Shown here in pieces: positions 57,211 through 64,000 of a DNA stretch of 64,000 nt. How positions within the stretch are numbered: the first letter of the stretch is position 1; the number at the start of each line of letters is the position of its first letter. This DNA comes from Pirellulales bacterium (GTDB lineage: Bacteria > Planctomycetota > Planctomycetia > Pirellulales > PALSA-1355). The notes beneath the pieces were generated by a model that worked only from the letters and a program-made list of their open reading frames with translations, ran no database searches and was not told the origin of the DNA. The stretch is taken from assembly GCA_963733035.1 (NCBI GenBank), contig CAVTBU010000005.1, positions 704,001 through 768,000 of the forward strand, read 5' to 3'. A program made the translations under genes and the position numbers.

Positions 57211-60186
57211 ATGGACCCTGACAGGGAACGAATTCAGGCCGACCTGCGAGGACTCGTTAAGGGCGACGTCCGCTGCGACGACGTTTTTCTCCAGCTCTAC
57301 TCGACCGACGCCAGTATCTATGAAATTCGGCCGCAGGCCGTCGTCCGCCCCCGCACGTTGGCCGACGTGGTGGCCTGCCTCGAATATGCTGCCGAGAATC
57401 AGCTCCCGATCCATCCACGCGGCGCCGGCACCGGCTTGGCAGGTGAATCCCTAGGCGGCGGCATCGTCCTCGACTTTTCCCGCTACATGCGTCGCGTACT
57501 GGAACACGGCGATCATCACGTTCGCGTCCAGCCGGGCATCGTCCACGCACAACTCAACGATTTTTTGCGACCCACGGGTCGACACTTTGGTCCTGACCCG
57601 GCGATGAGCAACGTGACCACGATGGGGAGCGTCGTGGCGATTGATGCCGGAGGAAGCCATTGGCTCAAGTACGGCTCGGCCCGGCAGCACGTGATCGGGC
57701 TGCAGATCGTCCTGGCGGACGGCGACGTGTTGGAGATCGGACGCGAGCCGCTTGCGCAGCCGCCCACCGAGACCGAATCGGTTCGAGGACATTTGGTCAG
57801 TGCCCTGGCCGATGTCCTGCGGCGCAACGCTGACACAATCGAAGCCCACCAACCCAAGAGCGTGGTGAACCGCTGCGGCTACCACCTCGACGTGCTGTCG
57901 GACCGGCATCTCGATTTGGCCGGACTGCTCACTGGGTCGGAGGGGACGCTGGCCGTAATCACGGAGATTACCGTCGCGACGCAGCCGCTACCGCGGCATC
58001 GCGGCGTGGCCCTACTCTTATTCGATCGCCTGGAGGCTGCGGCCCGTGCCGTGCTCGAGATTTTGCCGCTGGGGTGCAGCGCCTGCGACCTGATGGACCG
58101 CCGTCACTTGAGTTTGGCACGCGAGTCGACGGTTCAATTCGACCTGCTGATTCCATCTCAAACCGAAGCCGCTTTGCTCATCGAACAGGAAGGCGACACG
58201 TTGGTGGAAGTCAGCGACAAGCTGGCTCAAGTGATCGATCGCGTGCGCCGCAAAAAGCGGCTGGCATTTTACGCCATCCAGGCGCAGGACCGCGAGGAGA
58301 TCGACCTCTATTGGCGGCTCTCGCGCAAAGTCGTGCCCACGCTCTATCGAATGAAAGGCGCCACGCGTCCTCTGCCTTTCATCGAAGACATGGCGGTGCC
58401 GCCCACCGAACTTCCTGATTTCCTGGTGCGCATGCAAAATGTGCTCAAGCAGCATCAGGTGACTGCCTCGCTGTTTGGGCACGCCGGCCATGGACAGTTG
58501 CACCTGCGACCGCTGTTGGACCTATCCGATCCGTCCGACGTGACGCGGATGACTGAGCTCGCGACGGACCTTTACGGCGAAGTGATCGCCGTGGGCGGCA
58601 CGATCAGCGGCGAGCATGCGGACGGATTGAGCCGCACCTCCTATATCCGCCGTCAATACGGTCCGTTGGCCGACGTGTTTCGCGATGTGAAGCGGGTCTT
58701 CGACCCGCTCAACATCCTGAACCCTGGCAAGATCGTCAGCGACGATCCGGATCTGTTGACACAGAACCTGCGGCACTTGGTCGCCGCGGCGCCGGTTAAT
58801 GGCGAAGCCGATGGTACGACAAACGAACCTCAGCCGACGAACCCAGCGGCACCTCAAACCTGGCAGCTCAACTGGAATGGCGACGAAATCGCCCAGGCAG
58901 CGCGCGATTGTAATGGCTGCGGATCCTGCCGCTCGCAACTGACCGACGTGCGGATGTGCCCGATCTTTCGCTTCGCCCCGGCCGAGGAAAGTTCTCCGCG
59001 AGCCAAGGCGAACTTGATGCGAAGTATTCTGACCGGCGAACTGCCGCTCACCACGCTTACAAGTGACGACTACAAGTCGGTAACCGACCTGTGCGTGAAC
59101 TGCCACATGTGTCGGCTGGAGTGCCCCGCGAGCGTCGACATACCGAAGCTGATGATGGAGGGCAAGGGGTCCTACGTCCAGATCAACGGACTGTCGGCAA
59201 CCGACTGGTTCATGTCGCGGATTGATCGCCTTAGCGCGCTGGGCGGGCGATTCCCTCGGTTGGCTAATAGCGCGATTCGTCACGGCTTTGCTCGGTGGGT
59301 GATGGAAAAGGTGCTCGGCATCGCCCAGGGGCGCAAACTGCCTCGCTTTGCAACTCGCAATTTTTTGCGGACCGCCAGCCGCCGCCGACTGACACGGCCC
59401 ACGCGACGCGACGTGTCGAAGGTGTTGTACTTCGTCGACACCTATGCCAATCACCACGATCCACAACTGGGCGAAGCGCTCGTCAACGTGCTCGAGCACA
59501 ACGCCGTGGCCGTTTACGTTCATCCGGGACAACAGGCCTCGGGCATGCCGATGATTTCGCTCGGTGCGCTGGCCGCGGCGCGAAAAGTGGCCGAGCATAA
59601 TGTGGCTCTGCTGGCCGAAGCCGTGCGACAGGGATATCACGTCGTGGCGACCGAGCCATCGGCCGCGCTGGCGCTGACGCACGAGTATCCGGCGTTATTG
59701 GCCGACGATGACGCACGGCTCGTGGCAGAGCACACCAGCGAGGCCTGCTCCTACTTGTGGCGGCTCCATCAGGGCGGCAAACTGCAGCTTGATCTGCAAC
59801 CCATCAATGCCATTTTGGGCTATCACTTGCCTTGCCACATGAAGGCGCTGCAAGCCGGTTCGCCCGGCGAAAACCTGTTGCGGCTCATCCCGGGGCTCGT
59901 CATCGAACGCACCGAAAACAGTTGCTCGGGCATGGCCGGCACGTTTGGCCTGAAGCGGGAAAATTACCGCGCGAGTCTCCGCGCCGGTCGCACTCTGATT
60001 GGAAGCCTCCGCAGCCCGCGGTTGCAGGCAGGCACCACGGAGTGCAGTGCCTGCAAGATTCAAATGGAACAGGGTGCGGGCAAACCGACGATTCATCCGG
60101 TAAAACTTTTGGCACTGGCGTACGGCCTGATGCCCGAATTGTCGGAAGTCCTTTCCGCGCCCGTCGAAGAATTGGTGGTGACATGA
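57211..60186 (+). CDS. FAD-linked oxidase fused to Fe-S/CCG domains (GlcD/GlcF-, GlpC-like 2-hydroxyacid dehydrogenase)
   Basis: YSTDAS, PRGAGTGLAG, GSEGTL, GHAGHG.LH, SGEH.DG, NPGKI, CNGCGSC, CVNCHMC...CP, CHMK, CSGMAG, ECSAC. Confidence 0.92.
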   Translation: MDPDRERIQADLRGLVKGDVRCDDVFLQLYSTDASIYEIRPQAVVRPRTLADVVACLEYAAENQLPIHPRGAGTGLAGESLGGGIVLDFSRYMRRVLEHGDHHVRVQPGIVHAQLNDFLRPTGRHFGPDPAMSNVTTMGSVVAIDAGGSHWLKYGSARQHVIGLQIVLADGDVLEIGREPLAQPPTETESVRGHLVSALADVLRRNADTIEAHQPKSVVNRCGYHLDVLSDRHLDLAGLLTGSEGTLAVITEITVATQPLPRHRGVALLLFDRLEAAARAVLEILPLGCSACDLMDRRHLSLARESTVQFDLLIPSQTEAALLIEQEGDTLVEVSDKLAQVIDRVRRKKRLAFYAIQAQDREEIDLYWRLSRKVVPTLYRMKGATRPLPFIEDMAVPPTELPDFLVRMQNVLKQHQVTASLFGHAGHGQLHLRPLLDLSDPSDVTRMTELATDLYGEVIAVGGTISGEHADGLSRTSYIRRQYGPLADVFRDVKRVFDPLNILNPGKIVSDDPDLLTQNLRHLVAAAPVNGEADGTTNEPQPTNPAAPQTWQLNWNGDEIAQAARDCNGCGSCRSQLTDVRMCPIFRFAPAEESSPRAKANLMRSILTGELPLTTLTSDDYKSVTDLCVNCHMCRLECPASVDIPKLMMEGKGSYVQINGLSATDWFMSRIDRLSALGGRFPRLANSAIRHGFARWVMEKVLGIAQGRKLPRFATRNFLRTASRRRLTRPTRRDVSKVLYFVDTYANHHDPQLGEALVNVLEHNAVAVYVHPGQQASGMPMISLGALAAARKVAEHNVALLAEAVRQGYHVVATEPSAALALTHEYPALLADDDARLVAEHTSEACSYLWRLHQGGKLQLDLQPINAILGYHLPCHMKALQAGSPGENLLRLIPGLVIERTENSCSGMAGTFGLKRENYRASLRAGRTLIGSLRSPRLQAGTTECSACKIQMEQGAGKPTIHPVKLLALAYGLMPELSEVLSAPVEELVVT

Positions 60187-60428
60187 ACCTGCAAATACGA
60201 TTGTTTGCCGTGGCCCGACAACTGGCTGGCCAGGAAAGCGTCTCGCTCAAGGTCCCGGAGGGCTGCACAGTGGAACAACTGCGAGAGCAACTCGCCGCCT
60301 CGTATCCGGAATTGGCGACATTGCTGCCACACGTGCTGTTCGCGGTGGGTTCGGAGTACGTGGGGGACGAGCACACACTTGCGGAAACACCCGAGATCGC
60401 GTGTATTCCACCGGTCAGCGGAGGATAA
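60183..60428 (+). CDS. moaD: Molybdopterin synthase sulfur carrier subunit
   Basis: LFA, C-terminal IPPVSGG; ATGA overlap with the upstream gene. Confidence 0.93.
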   Translation: MNLQIRLFAVARQLAGQESVSLKVPEGCTVEQLREQLAASYPELATLLPHVLFAVGSEYVGDEHTLAETPEIACIPPVSGG

Positions 60429-60437
60429 AATAGAGCC

Positions 60438-60881
60438 ATGATTGAACTCACATCCAGCCCGATCGACACGGCGTGCGTCCTGGCTCACGTGTCCTCGCCC
60501 GAGGCTGGTGCCGTGGTGTTGTTTTTGGGCACGACGCGCAAGTTCACCGCGGGCCGAGAAACCGAATCGCTCAAATACGAATGCTACGCAGAGATGGCCC
60601 AAGCCAAGTTGGCAGAGCTCGAGGCCGAAGCACGTCATCGCTGGCCAATCATTGAATGCGCGATCGTCCATCGCGTTGGACATTTGAAAATCGGCGAAGC
60701 CAGCGTGGCCGTGGCCGTGAGCACGGCGCACCGCGAGGCGGCTTTCGATGCGGGTCAGTGGCTGATCGATACTCTCAAACAGGTCGTTCCCATCTGGAAG
60801 CAAGAGAATTGGAGCGACGGTACCGCGCAATGGGTACACCCAGGACTGGAAGTTCCCACGCAAACGAAGTCCGCGTCATGA
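60438..60881 (+). CDS. moaE: Molybdopterin synthase catalytic subunit
   Basis: GAVVLFLGTTR, LKYE.Y..MA, HRVG, HR..AF, LK..VPIWKQE. Confidence 0.95.
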   Translation: MIELTSSPIDTACVLAHVSSPEAGAVVLFLGTTRKFTAGRETESLKYECYAEMAQAKLAELEAEARHRWPIIECAIVHRVGHLKIGEASVAVAVSTAHREAAFDAGQWLIDTLKQVVPIWKQENWSDGTAQWVHPGLEVPTQTKSAS

Positions 60882-62014
60882 AACTCGTTGTCCGCAGACA
60901 GCTCGTGGCAAGCCTAGCGATCGTGCTGCTGATCGCGTCGGCGGATGCTGCCGAAAAGATCTCCTTGGATGGGTTTCGCGACGGCATTCGGCATTGGAAG
61001 AATGGGCAGAACGTCGACGGCTATTCCCAATACCGCGATCATCAAGTCCATGAAATCGCCGACAACCTGCTGCTGTACCAGCGAGGCAACGGCGGCTGGC
61101 CGCCGAACTTCGATCCCACTCGCGTTTTGATCGGTGCCGACCGCCAAAGACTGCTCGACGAGCGAGACCGCGAAGACACGTCGTTCGACAATCGTTCCAC
61201 ATACACGGAGGTCGACTACTTGGTCGCGGCCTTTGCGCAGACTGGCGATGCCAGGCATCGCGACGCTGCCTTGCGCGGCATCGAATTCATTCTCGCGGCA
61301 CAGTACGACAACGGTGGTTGGCCACATTCCTATCCCAGCAAAGCCAACTATCGCCCGCACGTCACGATCGTCGACGACGTAATGACCGGTGTGTTGCGTA
61401 CCCTCCGCAAGATCGATTCCGCCGAGCCGCCCTACGATTTTATCGACCGTCAGCTTCGCCAGCGTGTTGCCGGCGCGCTGCGACGCGGCGATCGGTGTTT
61501 GCTCGCGCTGCAGGTGAGAGTCGACGGGCAGCTCGCGGGCTGGGCCGCGCAATACGACGAAGTGACGCTCGAACCAACCACCGGCCGTAGCTTTGAATTG
61601 CCGGCCCTGATCAGCAGCGAAAGCGTGGGTGTGCTGCGGTATTTGATGAGTATTGAGGAACCACGCCCAGAAACGAAGGCGGCGATCCACGCCGGCGTCG
61701 CCTGGCTGCGGCGCTCGCAAATCGATGGGTTGCGCATCAAACGGGTTCCGGCCGAAAGAGTCCGCTATGCGCACCACACGAGCGATTTCGACGTGGTCGC
61801 CGTAGCCGATTCGAGTGCCCCGCCAATTTGGGCTCGGTTTTACGAAATCGACACCAACCGCCCTTTCATGGCCAATCGCGACGGGCGAAAGGTTTACCGC
61901 CTGTCCGAAGTCGCACGCGAACGCCGCACAGGTTACGCCTGGTATAGCAATTCCCCTGAGCGGCTCTTGCAGCAAGAGTTCCCTGCCTGGGAACAGAAAT
62001 GGGGGCAGCCATGA
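60878..62014 (+). CDS. pelA: Pectate lyase, polysaccharide lyase family 10
   Basis: Signal peptide; Q..NGGWP.N, SFDN..T, AQYDNGGWP, DD.M, WAAQYD..TL.P..GRSFE, WARFYE, ERRTGYAW. Confidence 0.88.
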   Translation: MKLVVRRQLVASLAIVLLIASADAAEKISLDGFRDGIRHWKNGQNVDGYSQYRDHQVHEIADNLLLYQRGNGGWPPNFDPTRVLIGADRQRLLDERDREDTSFDNRSTYTEVDYLVAAFAQTGDARHRDAALRGIEFILAAQYDNGGWPHSYPSKANYRPHVTIVDDVMTGVLRTLRKIDSAEPPYDFIDRQLRQRVAGALRRGDRCLLALQVRVDGQLAGWAAQYDEVTLEPTTGRSFELPALISSESVGVLRYLMSIEEPRPETKAAIHAGVAWLRRSQIDGLRIKRVPAERVRYAHHTSDFDVVAVADSSAPPIWARFYEIDTNRPFMANRDGRKVYRLSEVARERRTGYAWYSNSPERLLQQEFPAWEQKWGQP

Positions 62015-63010
62015 CGACTGACGCCCCACTGATCGACTCCTTCGGCCGCGTGCACACGAACCTGCGGGTGAGCGTGACCGACCGCTGCAACATCCGTTGT
62101 TTTTATTGCATGCCGGCCGAGAACGTGCGATTCAAACCTCGGCGCGAGTTGCTCACGTTTGAGGAGATAGAGCGATTCGTGCGCGTAGCCACACGGCTGG
62201 GTGTGAACAAAATCCGGCTCACGGGCGGCGAACCGCTGGTACGACACGAGCTACCGCTGTTGGTTCGCAAACTTGCCGGCGTATGCGGCATCGACGACAT
62301 TGCGTTGACCACCAATGGCATGCTGCTTGCCGAGCACGCGGAGGCGCTCAAGAACGCCGGACTGCGTCGGCTCAACATCAGCCTCGACAGTTTGGACGCG
62401 GAGACCTTCTTTCGCATTGCCCGGCGCGAGGGACTCCAACAGGTACTCGACGGGATACAGGCGGCCAAGCGAGTTGGCTTCGACAAGATCAAGCTCAACG
62501 CCGTGGCAATCCGCGGTATTTCCGAGCTCGACATCGTACCGCTCGGGCGATTCGCGCGAGCATGGGCTGGAGATGCGGTTTATCGAGTTCATGCCGCTGG
62601 ATGCCGACGGCAATTGGGATAACGATCAGGTGCTGACCGGCCGACAGATTCGTGAGGTCCTCGAAGCGGAAATCGGTTCGCTGATTCCCGTCCACCGCGA
62701 CGACCCAAGCCAACCTGCCACCGATTTTGACTTCGCCGACGGTCAGGGGCGAATTGGGTTCATCAACCCGGTGACGCAGCCGTTTTGCCAGAGCTGCAAT
62801 CGTCTGCGATTGACGGCCGAGGGCCAGGTTCGCAATTGCCTGTTCTCGACGGAGGAATGGGATGCCCGGGCGTTACTGCGCGGCAAGGAATCGGACGACG
62901 ATGTGGCAGCTCTGATTCGGGCCAGCGTGGGAGCCAAGCGGGCCGGGCACGGAATCAACAGCGACGAATTCTTGAAGCCCGCGCGTGCGATGTACCAGAT
63001 TGGCGGTTAA
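62011..63010 (+). CDS. moaA: GTP 3',8-cyclase (frameshift at ~62553-62558)
   Basis: LRVSVTDRCNIRCFYCMP, RLTGGEP, NISLDSL; second frame RFIEFMP, FCQSCNRLRLT..G..RNCL, C-terminal IGG. Confidence 0.96.
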
Positions 63011-63037
63011 CCAAATCGCTTGAGGCGCCTTCATTCC

Positions 63038-64000
63038 ATGTCTCAACCTGCCGCCGAACTGTCCCGGATTTACCTCGACAATGCCGCCACCAGCTGGCCC
63101 AAGCCGCCGGCCGTGTACGAAGCCGTCGATGACTATCAGCGGCGTCTGGGTGCGCCAGCCGGCCGCAGCGGATACGCCGAAGCATCGGAAGTCTCGGGAC
63201 GGATTGAAGCCGCCCGACGCCGAATCGCCAATCTACTCGGCCTTGCGGATGCGAACCATTTAGTCTTTACGTTCAACGGCACCGACTCGCTCAACATCGT
63301 GCTACACGGACTCCTACAGCGCGGCGACCACGTCGTCAGCACGGTGGTCGAGCACAATTCGGTTCTGCGGCCACTGGCCGATTTAACACGGTGCGATGTA
63401 ACCGCGACCTACGTGGGCTGTTCGGACGTGGGCATTGTCGAACCGGATGCCGTTCGCGCGGCCCTGCGGCCTAACACCCGCCTGGTGGCGGTCGCGCACG
63501 CGTCAAACGTCACGGGAGCGCTTCAACCGGTCGCCCAGATTTCGCGAATTGCCCGAGACCATGGGGCGCTGGTCTTGTGTGACGCCGCGCAAACGGTCGG
63601 GCATTTGTCGGTCGACATTCATCAGCTCGGTGTCGACTTCCTCGCGGCCTCGGGCCACAAGGGCCTGCTGGGACCACTGGGAACCGGCATCCTGGCAATT
63701 CGACCGGAGATCTCCGGCGAGCTGCGCAGCGTTCGACAGGGCGGCACGGGAACTCAGAGCGAGGGCGGTCAGCCAGAGGACCTCCCCGCGAAATTCGAGT
63801 CCGGGAATCTCAATGTCCCTGGCATCCTTGGTTTGGACGCGGGCGCCCGCTACTTGACCGAGCGAGGACTCGCAGACGTTGACCGGCACGGACGTCAGTT
63901 GTGCCAGCAGTTGCTCGCGGGCCTCGGCGAGATCTCTGGAGTGCGGATTTTTGGGCCAACCGATGCTCAAGACCGAGTGCCACTAGTCAGCATGGTGTGC
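63038..64000 (+). CDS. Cysteine desulfurase-like class V PLP enzyme (3'-truncated; absent from the ORF track)
   Basis: Read directly from the DNA: MSQPAAELSRIYLDNAATSWPKP, EHNSVLRP, HASNVTG, DAAQTVG, SGHKGLLGPLGTG. Confidence 0.92.
   Translation, partial: MSQPAAELSRIYLDNAATSWPKPPAVYEAVDDYQRRLGAPAGRSGYAEASEVSGRIEAARRRIANLLGLADANHLVFTFNGTDSLNIVLHGLLQRGDHVVSTVVEHNSVLRPLADLTRCDVTATYVGCSDVGIVEPDAVRAALRPNTRLVAVAHASNVTGALQPVAQISRIARDHGALVLCDAAQTVGHLSVDIHQLGVDFLAASGHKGLLGPLGTGILAIRPEISGELRSVRQGGTGTQSEGGQPEDLPAKFESGNLNVPGILGLDAGARYLTERGLADVDRHGRQLCQQLLAGLGEISGVRIFGPTDAQDRVPLVSMVC

Overview
GC-rich bacterial chromosomal window, most likely Planctomycetota (inferred from the DUF1559-, PVC-type CxxCH-, DUF1080- and PEP-CTERM-like proteins). 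Contents in order: (1) a co-transcribed caa3-type oxidase + Rieske/cytochrome b + multi-cytochrome c respiratory cluster with a CtaG/ferredoxin fusion (0.8-11.2 kb); (2) an unusual isoprenoid-linked signalling locus (13.6-23.1 kb); (3) an ECF sigma/zinc anti-sigma pair with a candidate target promoter TGTAACG-N15-CGACTAAC found twice in the window; (4) a P3A-type H+-ATPase, an Mla-like ABC fusion, a Tat-exported ThDP enzyme with a cytochrome c, tRNA-Arg(CCG), a BlaI/BlaR-like pair, sucAB, and a molybdenum-cofactor operon with an embedded PL10 pectate lyase. The signalling locus is the best candidate for an undescribed system, possibly terpenoid-based cell-cell signalling. It comprises a catalytically degenerate DXS-like protein fused to a class I terpene-synthase-like domain, a multi-TM/HAMP hybrid histidine kinase, a REC-HK protein, ispH and a FadL-type outer-membrane channel, with a divergent PilZ gene. 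Ten genes carry frameshifts at homopolymers or GC dinucleotide runs; these look like long-read consensus errors, not true pseudogenes. No CRISPR array, rRNA or mobile element was seen. All family assignments come from motif reading by eye, not database searches.
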